A stretch of 64,000 nucleotides of DNA from Diplonema japonicum (taxonomy: Eukaryota; Protista; Euglenozoa: Diplonemea): the NCBI GenBank assembly GCA_964019335.1, contig OZ025686.1, forward strand, positions 372,001-436,000, in the 5' to 3' direction. Of this stretch, positions 52,548 through 64,000 are shown in pieces. How positions within the stretch are numbered: the first letter of the stretch is position 1; each line of letters opens with the position of its first letter. Made by a program: the position numbers and the translations under genes. The notes below the pieces were generated by a model. The model was given only the letters and a program-made list of their open reading frames with translations, was not told the origin of the DNA and ran no database searches.

Positions 52548-54360
52548 TTAACACACGGCGTTGATCTCGGATAGCTGTGAAATAGTTTCCCCCCCCCCCC
52601 TTTTTTTTCTCACCCATTTCTTTTGAAAATACCTTTTGACCCAAGAGAGGCCAGTCAGCAGCCTTGGGTGCCGATTCTTGGCCAACAACGTCCCAAAGAG
52701 TAATGTCGCCACCAGCATCGCCTACCGCGATGGACTTCCCGTCACCCGACCAGGCAAGACGGGAAGCCGCCTTGTTGGAGGTGGTCACCTTGCCAACAGA
52801 CATCTCCATTGTGTCAAGAAGGTTCCAGAGGGAGAGCGACCCTGTTCCATCACACGATGCGAACACACCGGGATGCACGGGAGACCACTTCACATCGTAC
52901 ACATAATCCTCGTATTCGTTGAACGAGAAGAGAGGCGCGTCCTTCTTCGAAGGGTGCCACAGCTTGCACGTCCAGTCCATCGACGACGTCAGTACTAAGT
53001 CCGTGTAGTCGTCACCCCCTGCTTGCGGGTTCGCGGGGTGGCAGTGCAATGACGAAATAGGACTGGTGTGCCCATCGAACAAGTCAGGTGATGGAGTCCC
53101 TGACGCCCTTGTGCATGACATCAGCCCGCCGTTCTCAAACCCGAGGTAGAACTTGTTGTTCTCTGTGTCGCGGAACGCCAGCGATGTGGCTTGGATCTCC
53201 CTCGGGACAGGTGTCCCGCCCACAGTCACCATCGGCTGCCACGTGTGTGTTTCAATAGGTGCGTTCATCTTCTCAAGACCCCACTGGCACATCTTCCCAT
53301 CGCTGGAAACTGTTACAAGAGAATGGAAGTTCACATTGCCCACCACATCCATCCCAACAACAGGGTGCGTGTGGCCATTCATAGTCAGTGGTGTAACACT
53401 AACAGGATCTGAACCCGACCTGGTGTCCCACACGCAGACCTGTCCATTGTACAGCCCGCCTATGAAGAGGTCTCGGTGGAACTTGCTGAACATGCATTTT
53501 GCGACGTCAGCGGGTGCTGTGAATGACTTGTAGGGGCGGTCGATTTTCATGTTCCAAACGAGGACCTGGCCTTCGACGTCAACGAGGGCGCCCTGTCCTT
53601 CGGGTTGCTTGTAGTACGAGGCGAGGAACCACTCCTGCACGGAGGGGTTGAAGTCGACGGAGGTGATGGGGCAGCCTTTCGTGATCTTCTTGGAGAGCTG
53701 TGCGTCATTGAACGTCTGGTTACGGATGAGAGGGTCGCCCTGCCCCCGCACAAAGACAGTCTCACTACTGTCTGTCATGCCCGGCGGCAGAATATCACGG
53801 TCGGTAAGAGCACGCTCCACGATAAAGGATGTCGTCTCGAAGAAATCGCGGAAGCGGTTCGACCGGAGGATGTCATGTTTCTGAGTGTCTGTGAGGTCCT
53901 CGGGCTCCTCGTTGTCGGATTCGGGGAGAGGTGCTTTTTTCTCAGTCGTGGGAGGTGTCAATGCTGCTCCCAGTACCGTTGCACGCCTTGCTGAATCCAC
54001 CTTAGGAGCCTCCTTTTCCACAGGGACGCTGGTGTCGATATCTGTTTGAACTGATTTTGGGTAGCTGTCAACTTTTCCAGCTGGTGCAACATTCCATGTC
54101 AAGGATGCGGGGAAAACTTTTGTCAAGTTTACAGGTTTGGGTACTATTCTACTTGCTTCACGTTGGGTGACGCTGCTTACACCGCCATACACGGGGGTTG
54201 TGGATGGTCGGCTGCTTTCTTCGGTGCTGGGGGTGCTTGCAGGTCTGGGCTCTGCGGGCTGTTGTGTGTTGTTGCGTTTCAGGTTGCTGCCGGCTTGTCT
54301 TGCGTTTCTCATCTCCTGCAGCTTTTTTCTCTTTTCTGCGAGCTCATCCGTGACGTTCAT
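52548..54360 (-). CDS. Cytoplasmic dynein intermediate chain-like WD40 protein; 2 exons
   Basis: N-terminal ELAEKRKKLQEMR, Y.K.VQT light-chain motif, VERAL, GHTHPV, TSSMDWTCKLW, DYVYDVKWSPVHP; a terminal intron gives ..LGQK|LSEINAVC*. Confidence 0.88.
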
Positions 54361-55541
54361 GGTGTGTGTTGTGTTTATGTATTTTTTTTTAAACAATATA
54401 AATTTTTTCGGTGTGAGCCCACCCCTCCCCCTCCCCACCCGCCTTTGTGAGACATGTAAAAAAAAATGTTGGTTTTTTTTTTTTATAAAAAAGAAGAATA
54501 CGGCAACAAGGGATACGGGGGGAAGTGGCAAGGGAAAGAAACGAGAAAGAATGGGGGCGGCTAAGGGGCTCTCGTAAAAGGGAGAAAAAATAGGGGAGGG
54601 GGGGAAAGGAGCTTTTAAAAAAAGGGGGATGGGGAAGGCAGGGGGGGAGAGAAAGAGGACCAGCAAATAGTTTTTTTCCAAGGAAAAAAAAAATTCCCCC
54701 CATTATCAACCTTTCCCTCACTGGTTTGGTGCAAATGTTGCTTTTTTTTTTCCCATTGTCCCTTAAAATAAAACACGGGAAAAAAAAACAGAATTACCTC
54801 AAAGGATCAACCCCCTTTTTTTTCCCTATTCTCTCATTTTTTAGAGATTAAAATGCCCGTTTCTTGTTGGCATAAATCGCATCCTACCCCCCTTACAGTC
54901 CATTTCTTGGGGGGGGGGGGGGGGTGAGTGCATTTAAGATAATTGCACAAGGTAATTTGAAAGGGTGAGAGTGGGGGAAAAGAAACCGAAAGGGGAAAAG
55001 TATTTACAGGGGGGGGGAGAAGTTACGAGCTAAAAAAAAATCCCCCCTCTTCCTTTTCAAGGAAAGGAAACCCAGCGGAGTGGCACCGAATAGAGAGAGA
55101 ACAAAAAAAAAGAAAAAACGGGGGTTAAACTGTGACAATCTTTTGGACCACCCATAAGGTTAAAAAAGGGCAAAACAAAAAAAAACAAAAAGGAAACTCG
55201 GGTTTTGCGATGAAAGAAAGAAAAACTAGAGGAAGAAGAAAAAAAAAAAACTGAAAACTCAAAAAAAAAAAAAAAATACACACACAGAAGAGAGATTAAA
55301 AAAAAAAGAGGAGGGAAATAAAACATTTCATATTTTTTTTTTTGGTTCCTTCTAAAAAAAAAACTTTTTTTTTTCTGACCCCCCACCCTTCACCCCCTCA
55401 TATCTGATTCCTTCCCCACACTTTTTTTTTTTTTTTTGTTTGTTTTGTTTCAATTATTAAATCTACGCATGGGTAATGGGCGGTCAAAAAAAAAAATATA
55501 TAATGAGTCCAACTCACAAAAAAAAATTTTTTTTTTCTTTC

Positions 55542-57216
55542 TTAAAAAGCCAGATCTTCTTCTGAATCCGATTCGACGTAAGCTGGGAAACGAGGAGCAG
55601 GGGCACGACCCTTGCCGCTGAGGGTTGACACTGGAAGGGGGTCAGGTTTTGTGACAGGCAAGGGCTCGTGGGCTACGATCGGATCCTCAGACACCTCCTC
55701 CTCCTCATCATCATCATCATGCTCCGCATTATAATGACGGCGCGCTGATTCTCTTATAGTAGTTTCATCAAGAAGCTTAGCCTCTACTTGCCCTGCATGA
55801 GGCATCTGCGGTTGCAACAACACCACTGGATCTGTCTCGCGAGTCCACCCAGGCTTATCCGCCCTAGTGGCAATAGGGTTATGTGTTGATAAGGGAAGGT
55901 GATAGGAAGGCCTTGTGTTAACGCTATGAGGTGGGGAAGCTGTTCCTCCTTCACTCGCACGTGGGTATCCATTATCACTAACAGTTTGTTGCCTGGAAAA
56001 TCTTCGGGGTTTTCGAGTGGGTTTTACAAATTTCGGGGGTGGTTTCTGTTCGGTAATCTTCAAAGACTGCGACTTGGTGTGCTTTGTTGTGTTTGTGTGA
56101 AGCCTGTTCCATGTTGCTACTTGGTTGTACACTCTGGGTTGGACTTCTTTGATGGCTGGTTCTGCAGATGCTAGAACTCTTTGCGTTTCCACCTTCGAAG
56201 CCTTTGTCCCAAAGGTGGACCCAACTAAGGAGTAGCACCTATCAATGGGTTTCTTGTCTCGTTTTGCCCTATCGTGGCGAACGGTGGTGGCGAGGAGGTC
56301 GGCTTTTTGTTTTTTTAGAAGCGCGCTGTGTGTGTGAAGCCTGTTCCAGATCGCGTTTTTCTCGTCGCTTGTGATCGCCTGGCTCTTCGTCCTGCGGAAG
56401 GTGGTGTCGGGTGCGGTCCGCTTGTGAGGGTTCCGCCATTCCCAGGCGTCGGTTTTCTAGAGGGTTTTTTTCTTTTTTTTTTTTTTTTTTTTTTTCGAAG
56501 GCAAAAGAAAGAGAAAAAAAAGTTCACGTACCAAGCCACCCGCACCCCATCCTACCTTATAAATCGATTTCGGCCGTTTCAACGCCGAAAGGGGTGCTGT
56601 GCGGAGCGTATCGTGAAACTCACGGTCGTGGATGGAGGAAGCCACCCCACGCCAACGACCTTGGTTGTCCTGCCGTTTCAACGCCTTTTTTTTTTTTTTT
56701 TTTTTTTTTCTTTATATTAAACAACACCTGACGGTACAGCTTATCATGGACTCGAGAGGTGGTAGTAGAAACCCTGTAAGGGACGCCCATGGGAGAGTGC
56801 GCAGGGGGAGAAACAGGGTGGTCGTACGCAGGGGGAGGTGGTTCTCGTGAAATGGGAGAAGGCCGTCTTGGGGCAGAGAATGAAACAGGAGATGTTGGTG
56901 TGGATAAGCCAGCTGGGGAGACGGACCTGCGAGGCATAAAGGCTTCGTCAATGATAGCCTCCGTGTCGGAGGGGTACTTACCTGATGGTGCAAGGGATTG
57001 TGTTGTTTTAAGACCCCTCTTCCCCAGTCCGCCACCCAGGTCAAGGTGTGTCTTGACTTCGCTTCCGTTGAACTTGCTGCCCCCGGGCTGCGTGTAGCCG
57101 AGTCCCTCCATCGTCGCCCCCTCTTTTTGCCTCATATCGATCACCTCCCAGGTTTTTCCGGTTGATTTTTTCGCGCCCCCAACCATCGGCACAGGGTTCA
57201 CCCTGTACGAGGCCAT
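55542..57216 (-). CDS. Multi-exon Pro/Ser-rich hypothetical protein (exon boundaries approximate)
   Basis: Successive minus-strand ORF pieces separated by short A/T-run GT-AG introns. Confidence 0.55.
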
Positions 57217-57383
57217 GATTTCTTTTTTTTCGGAGGAAAAAAAAAAGGGGGGGGACTCGCCCGTTCCCTTTTTTCCTTTTTTGAATGGATTTAATAAAAC
57301 GGGGTTGGAATCTTTTTAAAAAAGGAGGGGGGGGGGGAGCGAGAGTGACGAAACCGGCACTTTTTTTTGTTTCTTCTTTTTTT

Positions 57384-60175
57384 TTATTTAACATATGGTT
57401 TCAGGTCCGAGTCGGTCATGTCAGGCATCGTGAAGGTGTACAACTGCTCGGGGTCGTTATGATGATACCTTTTTTTTTTTTTTTTTTTTTTTTTTTGGTT
57501 GTTAAAAATAGTCTTGCTGCAACATACCCCATAGCATCTCGGTAACCTTTTATCTTCCCGATTTGGTGCTGATCTATCCATATAGGTGCATCAAGCATTT
57601 TGAACAACTGTGTGTTTTGTTTTTGTTTTTGTTTTTGTTCCCCAAAAAAAAATTCAAAAGAAATCAGCTTCGGGAAAATGTGTTACTAATCAAAACCCAG
57701 TGGGCTCATCTAGGCAAACTAGATCAATTTTTAAACAAGGTTTGTCATCACTTTCCTTTTTTTTTTTTGGAAATAAAACCTGGGAGACAGGTGAAAAGAT
57801 AACAGCACTATAGAAAGCTGAGTCATGGAAGCTAACCTACATTGGGAAATGGGGGAACCACCAGAAGCTCTTCTCACCTCTCGGGACATTTGAACAGGAG
57901 TCACAGCACCATGGAAAGCTGAGTCCATGCCTGATGAACCTTTTTGTTTTGGGACAGTCAAAACCACATCTAGTCGAGCCGCCGTGGCACCATGCCATGA
58001 ATGGGCATGCAACCCGGTGTGGCCGACAACTTTAATTCGTAATTTGGTTCGTTCTGAATATCAGAAGGCTCTTCCTAATAACAAGTTTTTTTCTGTCACG
58101 GGTCGGTCAGAGTTGGATTGTTCGATGTGTGTTGTCAATCATCATCTTGAATTTTTTTTAATGGGAACAACAAAAAAGAAGAAATCAGCTTCGGGAAAAT
58201 GTGTTACTAATCAAAACCCAGCGGGCTCATCTAGGCAAACTAGATCAAATTTTTAGACAAGGTTTGTCATCACTTCGTTTTTTTTTTTTTTCTCTCACGA
58301 AACAAATTATTTTCGAGGTCTTACCTGGTTGGGAGAAATAAATAATCAGAAGGCTCTTCCTAATAACAAGTTTTTTTCTGTCACGGGTCGGTCAGAGTTG
58401 GATTGTTCGATGTGTGTTGTCAATCATCACTTTTGTAAGTACTATCCAGCTGTTCTATTCTCATTCTTCTTTCTTAAGTCAGCTTCGGGAAAATGTGTCA
58501 CTAATCAAAACCCAGTGGGTTCATCTAGGCAAACTAGATCAATTTTTAAACAAGGTTTGTCATCATTCAATCAAAACACTTCTCTCTTCCAGCAAAAAAA
58601 AAACAAAGGAGGTATCAGAAGGCTCTTCCTAATAACAAGTTTTTTTCTGTCACGGGTCGGTCAGAGTTGGATTGTTCGATGTATGTTGTCAATCATCATC
58701 TTGGAATTTAAAAAAAATTTTTTTTTAAAAAATCAGCGTTTTTCCGCCACGAGCAGGTGGGTATACATTGGTCTTGGAAGCTCCAATGGGTAAGAGGGGG
58801 GATAACAGATCAGCTTCGGGAAAATGTGTTACTAATCAAAACCCAGTGGGCTCATCTAGGCAAACTAGATCAATTTTTAAACAAGGTTTGTCATCACTTT
58901 TATTTTCTTCTTTTTTGATGTTTTACCTGGCTAAGAGAATCAATAATCAGAAGGCTCTTCCTAATAACAAGTTTTTTCTGTCACGGGTCGGTCAGAGTTG
59001 GATTGTTCGATGTGTGTTGTCAATCATCATCTTGGAATTTTTTTTTTTTAAATGGGAACAACAAAAAAAAAAAGAAGAAATCAGCTTCGGGAAAATGTGC
59101 TACTAATCAAAACCCAGTGGGCTCATCTAGGCAAACTAGATCAATTTTTAAACAAGGTTTGTCATCACTTTCCTATTCCTTCCAGGTGCAACTTCTTATT
59201 TTCGGCACTACAACAGCCAACCACATCTAGTCGAGCCGCCGTGGCACCATGCCATGAAGGGGCATGCAACCCGGTGTGGCCGACAGTGAAAAAAGAACGA
59301 GGGTGTGGCCTTTTTTTTTTTCAGTCAATATTTAATCCAACTGTATCTGTTGTATTCTCAGCGGAAGTGAAGGGGATGAGGAGGGGTGACCCTCCCTATC
59401 CACTCCCCCCTCAGACATTAAACCACAGATAATCAGTCATCACGCTCAGCAACAGGAAGACAGGCGAAAGGTCTACTAAGCCATGGAAGCTAGCCTACAT
59501 TGGGAAATGGGGGAACCACCAGAAGCTCTTCTCACCTCTCGGGACATTTGAACAGGAGTCACAGCACCATGGAAAGCTGAGTCCATGCCTGATGAACCTT
59601 TATATTCGGTACCCTAAAAAAAGTAAAAAACACATCTAGTCGAGCCGCCGTGGCACCATGCCATGAAGGGGCATGCAACCCGGTGTGGCCGACAGGGGTA
59701 AAGAAGTCCGCATTCTCTAATTTGATTTGTTTTGAATATCAGAAGGCTCTTCCTAATAACAAGTTTTTTTCTGTCACGGGTCGGTCAGAGTTGGATTGTT
59801 CGATGTGTGTTGTCAATCATCATCTTGGTCACGCGTCGCCCTCCCCTCCCTCCCCTTCTTCCCTCTTGTTCATACTGATCGCGATCGTACGCCTCCCGGG
59901 GCTTCGTAGATTTTTTGGTATGGTCTGATCCACTGTGTTTTTTCACTTGAACCGTTCATTGATGACAGGTTTTTTGTCATCCAAGAAAATGTCAGGTAAG
60001 TGTCATAATCATATTCCTCTTTCATAAAGCTGGGCACTGTCCTCCTGGCCCGTTTCGCCTCTCCCGCATAAATATCGTTAATAGGGTGATGCGGCTCGGA
60101 GTCATTTACGCCCACTGTCATCGTTCCCTGATTCCACTTTGGTGTGGACAACAGTCGCATTGCGCTACGCTTCAT
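57384..60175 (-). CDS. MRPL41: Mitochondrial ribosomal protein mL41-like; 3 exons; intron 1 hosts the snoRNA cluster
   Basis: Exon 1 MKRSAMRLLS..GVRSRS|GTATGA (59875), acceptor CACAG| (57608), both phase 0; second short intron; C-terminus FTMPDMTDSDLKPYVK matches the mL41 PD....LKPYV motif. Confidence 0.7.
57664..59822 (-). ncRNA. snoRNA cluster 2 (intronic): 5x family A, 5x family B, 1x F, about 7 AGA-box RNAs
   Basis: A: 58061-58144, 58346-58429, 58615-58698, 58947-59029, 59739-59822. B: 57664-57750, 58185-58272, 58479-58565, 58810-58896, 59081-59167. F: 59321-59442. C/D/E blocks ~57820-58028, 59223-59285, 59470-59694. Confidence 0.88.
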
Positions 60176-60692
60176 TTTATTTTATTTTATTTTTTCCTCC
60201 TTTTTTTTAAATATTAGAGTAAACCAATGAAGAAATCAAAAACAAACAAAATAAAAAAAAAATATATATGAGTTAAAGGAGGCCGGTGTTGGCGGCGCCC
60301 TTTGAAAAAAAGAATGGAAGAAAGAAGAATAAAAAACTCGTTTTTTTTTTTTCAAATACCTATTTTTCCCCCCCTTCCTTGTGCGGCGTTTTCTTTTTTT
60401 TTCTTTTTTTTTTTTAAAAAAAAGGGTTGGGTGAATCATTTTTTTACTCTCTCTCGCTTTTCTTTTTTTCTTCCTCCGTATTTTCATAGCCCCCCCCCGT
60501 TCATTCATTGAACGTCGATATGAAGCAAGTGGGGGGTGGGGGGGATGGGTAAAAAAAAAAGGTTGATGTGCAACTGTGCTACTAATTGTGCACAAAAGGA
60601 AAGAGATGGGGGGGGGGGGGACGGAAAACTCTGGGGTTCCCCTTTACTTTTCTTTCTTCTTTTTTTTTGGATATTCGAAACAGACCAGACGG

Positions 60693-60731
<39 letters not shown>

Positions 60732-60743
60732 GGACATTCCACA

Positions 60744-62867
60744 TCAACAAGTTGGTGACGCACTCAATGAAAACCCAGGTGAAGAACTGCTGTCCTTTGC
60801 AGAACTTGAAACTGTATTGTTGCTTCCAGGCATGGGCCCTCCATGAGACCCACTTAGAAATTTCGACCCTGCTGGGTGAGCAGATTCATAAGTAAACCCT
60901 TTGAAAAGCTCTTGCTCCCTGGAACCAACACCGGGCCCATGCAATGGTCCATAATCTGGGTTCCCTGAATGGCTGTCAGGGATCTTCTTGTTGAGAAACT
61001 CTTCATCGATTTGACTGACATCGCCAGGGCCGGTGACTGTAAAAAGATTTTTTAAATCCAAAATCTCACACCTGGAGGCACGAAGGTGGGTCTCACCTTT
61101 CTTTCATACAACGCATCCCAATCAACACTTGAAAAGAATTCATGGTTGAGTACCTCACGGGGTCCGTCGGGACCAGTTCCGAGTCTGAAGATTTTTTTAT
61201 TTTTTTTCTTTTTTTTCTTTTTTTTTTATTTATACCGGTGTTTCGGATCCCTTGCAAGCAAGTGAATCAAAAGATCGGTGGCTTGAGGGGTAACAAACTC
61301 AGGTATGAACAGATCAGCATGGAGGATCATGTCATACATTTCCTTAGTGTCTGTTGAGTAGAATCTGCCATTGGGGTAAAAAAAGATTTTTTTTTGAGAA
61401 AACTGCTAACTTGACCCCTAAGTTTGAGAAATGTCCAAAAGCCACCCCCTTAGTTTGAGAAATGTTCAAGGTCTATCTTTAAAGAGGAAAAAGTTTCTGA
61501 TCCAGTCCCCAAGGTTTCTTAAATCTCTGTGTAGTACCCCAAATCTTCAAAAAAAAACTCATACTCGACCCCTAGGTTTTAAAATGCTTGAATTCGGTCC
61601 CCTTAGTTTCAAAAGGTGTAGGGAGGAATAAGAAGAGGATCCCCAGCAAGAGCGAAAGGAAGAATGCCTGCAGTCGTTGTGGCATTCTTGGCCGCAAGAC
61701 TTCGATGTGGACCAACCCTCCTGGTCCTCCCAAGAAGCATAGGTTTTCTTTTAAATGCTGTAATCTTTTACACAGGAAGACACCTTTGACGCAGCCCTCT
61801 AAGAAGTAGCCTTGGTTACCTGGGCTGTCTTTTTCTTTTCCTTTCAAGTTGCCTATTGTTAAGGAACATGCATGCACACAACCTTGTTGAGCGCTAATGA
61901 AACATAGGGGACCCATTCGGGTTATTTGTGAAACTAAGGGGGGGTTTTTTTGAGCATTTTGAAAACTAAGGGGTTGACTTTGAGCGATTTCCCGCCGTAG
62001 GGGCCTAGTTAGGGCATTTGAAAACCTGAGGGGGCTGACTTTGAACACTTTGGAAACTTAGGGGGCGGGATTTGAGCGTTTTGAAGACTTAGGGGGTGGA
62101 CTTTGAGCATTTTGGAAACTTAGGGGGCGGGATTTAAGCATTTCGAAAACTTAGGGGTCAAGATAGGACTCTACCCAATTTTTTTTTTTTGAAAAAGTTA
62201 CATACGGAGGGATGCCGACAATCATCTCGAACAGAAGCGTACCGAAGCTCCACCAATCAACAGGTTTACCGTGCCCCTTGTTGAGGAGGATCTCCGGTGC
62301 GAGGTATTCAGGTGTCCCGCAAAAGGTCTTTGTTCGCTCCGACTCTTTCATCATTTTAGACAACCCGAAGTCTGTTAACGCAATGTGCCCCTCAGCATCG
62401 AGAAGTACATTCTCTGGTTTCAAATCCCTGTATACGATGCCACGGTCATGAAGGTATTGGATGCCCAGGGCGATTTCTGCAGCGTAGAATCTGGCCCGTT
62501 CTTCATCAAACCGTTTTTCTTTTTTAAGGTGAGAGAACAGTTCCCCGCCGTTGGCGAAGTTCATGACAAGGTACAGCTTGTCAGCAGTTTGGAATGCGTA
62601 TCTCATCTTAACGAGGAAGGGGTGGTTTGCTTTTTCCAATACTGCTCTCTCTGTTCTCGTGTGTTCTACCTCGTCCCGTTCAATCAGCATGTTCTTGTTT
62701 AGGATCTTCATGGCGAGATAGTCGCCTGTTCCCTTTTGCTTCACCAGCAGGACTACCGCGTAGTTCCCTTCCCCGATTTTCGAGAGCATCTTGAAGTCAT
62801 CTTTGCTCACCTTCTCCTTCCCTTCGGAACGCTTCGCCGCATCATTTTTTGAGTTCTTCCCCCCCAT
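60744..62867 (-). CDS. AGC-family Ser/Thr kinase (SGK/S6K/PKB-like); 4 exons
   Basis: IGEGNYA, YRDLKPEN, DFG, TFCGTPEYLAPE, DWWSFG, GIPP|FY, RDPKHR|LG, PTFVPP|V, hydrophobic motif FKGFTY. Confidence 0.93.
61396..62176. mobile_element. Non-autonomous Mutator/Foldback-like element with long, internally repetitive TIRs in kinase intron 1
   Basis: Left end GAGAAAACTGCTAACTTGACCCCTAAGTTT vs right end (reverse complement) GGGTAGAGTCCTATCTTGACCCCTAAGTTT; ~30 nt subterminal repeats (..AAACTTAGGGG..); T-run flanks; internal degenerate CxxC knuckle. Confidence 0.7.
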
Positions 62868-62977
62868 AGCAGCCACCCATCACGGTGTACCTTATTATTA
62901 TTATTATTTTTTTTTTTTTTGAGAATCGTGAGAAGAAAAAAAAAAAAGAAAAAAAAAACTTAATTACAGGTGTATGT

Positions 62978-64000
62978 TTAAAGATCGCCCCTTCCAGGTG
63001 GGGCGGAGAGGGGTCGGGTTGGCATTGTGTGAGATTCGAAACGGGTTTGGTGGTGCGTGACTGGCGACTGGGCATAACGGTCGCCTCGGAAGAGGGAGGA
63101 ATGAAAGTAGTTTTTCTGGGTCATTTCTCGTTTTCTCTTCATCTGTTCACGGTGGAGCTCCCTGTTGTGCTGTTCTTTGATGAGGAGGAACTTCGCCTCC
63201 CGCCTTTCCCTCATCACGGTGTTGAGCGACTCGTGTTCCTTCTTGCGGGCTTCCATTTGACTGTGGAGCTTCTCCGTCTTGTTCTCTTCTGCAAGAATCC
63301 TCCGCTTCTTTTTGTTATCGGTAGATTCCCTGATGTGCGAATGAAGCAGGAAACGGTTCCCTTCCACGATTTTTTTTTTGACGCGTTCTTTACGGAGTTG
63401 TTCGGATTTTCCGTTTTTAACATGGGCTAGCTTGTCTTGTTTTGCCCGTTCCACTGCAAGATGCTTTCGCTCGCGAGATAGTTCTGACTGTCGTTTCATT
63501 TCCGTGACCTCCTGGACGCGTTGCTGTGTGTGGAGCTCGATTTCTCGTCGCCACTCTGAACGGTCTTTTTCCATCTTCAGTTTTCTGTTTTCCACTTCTC
63601 GTTCTCGTTTCTCTTTTCGTTGTTCTTGTGCTTTTTCTGCACGGAGTTTTTGCCCTGTTCTCTCTCGGACCAGGGTGTCCCTCCAGTCTTCTCTGCGTTT
63701 CTCCATCATCTCTGCCATTGCCTTTTCCTGTTCTTTCCGTTTCACAAGTTGTTTCTCTGCCTGTATTTGTTTCCTTATCTGTTCGTCCTCGTACTCTTTT
63801 TTTCTCTCTGCGGCTGCGTTTTTCACCAATGCGAAGAGCCTCTCCTCCTCTATTAGTTTCTCTCGTTTTTGCGACAACTTGCTCCTTCGCCAAGCACGCT
63901 GCGATTGCCTTTGGTACTCCCGTATGGCTTTGTCACTGTCGCCCCCTAGTCCAAACGTGCCTTTGCCTAGAGACTCGATATCCTCTCCTTCTGCAATTTC
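62978..64000 (-). CDS. Charged coiled-coil protein, 5'-truncated by the window edge
   Basis: E/K/R-rich ORF of at least 299 aa; similar coding-like sequence continues to the edge. Confidence 0.75.
   Translation of the reverse strand, partial: EIAEGEDIESLGKGTFGLGGDSDKAIREYQRQSQRAWRRSKLSQKREKLIEEERLFALVKNAAAERKKEYEDEQIRKQIQAEKQLVKRKEQEKAMAEMMEKRREDWRDTLVRERTGQKLRAEKAQEQRKEKREREVENRKLKMEKDRSEWRREIELHTQQRVQEVTEMKRQSELSRERKHLAVERAKQDKLAHVKNGKSEQLRKERVKKKIVEGNRFLLHSHIRESTDNKKKRRILAEENKTEKLHSQMEARKKEHESLNTVMRERREAKFLLIKEQHNRELHREQMKRKREMTQKNYFHSSLFRGDRYAQSPVTHHQTRFESHTMPTRPLSAPPGRGDL

Noticed and set aside
57664-59822. CRISPR-like array (conserved repeats with variable spacers), also at 33.0-34.8 kb
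   Set aside because: Units are 65-120 nt, of several families, carry C/D or AGA boxes and rRNA-antisense guides; eukaryotic context and no cas genes

Overview
Eukaryotic nuclear DNA, most likely a euglenozoan (diplonemid-like). The evidence is a euglenozoan-type beta-tubulin and ARL6, single-hairpin AGA-box RNAs, and about 24 host protein genes all on the minus strand (a directional gene cluster), many with tiny 38-57 nt GT-AG introns. Protein genes include importin-4, a PTEN-like phosphatase, RPS16, RPS17, prolyl 4-hydroxylase, ARL6 (3' part only), NDP-rhamnose epimerase/reductase (5' part only), a giant Kelch/LRR/repeat protein, a DUF6492-like glycosyltransferase, mitochondrial uL24 and mL41, two near-identical GSTs flanking a GC-rich intronless bacterial-like surface protein, a cNMP-binding channel, beta-tubulin, dynein intermediate chain and an AGC kinase. 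Non-coding highlights: (i) two related arrays of box C/D and AGA-box snoRNAs (33.0-34.8 kb and 57.7-59.8 kb), the second entirely inside a 2.27 kb intron of the mL41 gene; (ii) a tRNA island (Ala, Phe, 2x Glu, Pro) where A-tailed elements and ingi/I-group LINEs are stacked co-oriented just upstream of tRNA genes, around an assembly gap; (iii) many cis-introns with poly(A) rather than polypyrimidine tracts before the AG; (iv) a Mutator-like element in a kinase intron and a piggyBac-like remnant. All assignments are by eye and from remembered family motifs; no searches were run.
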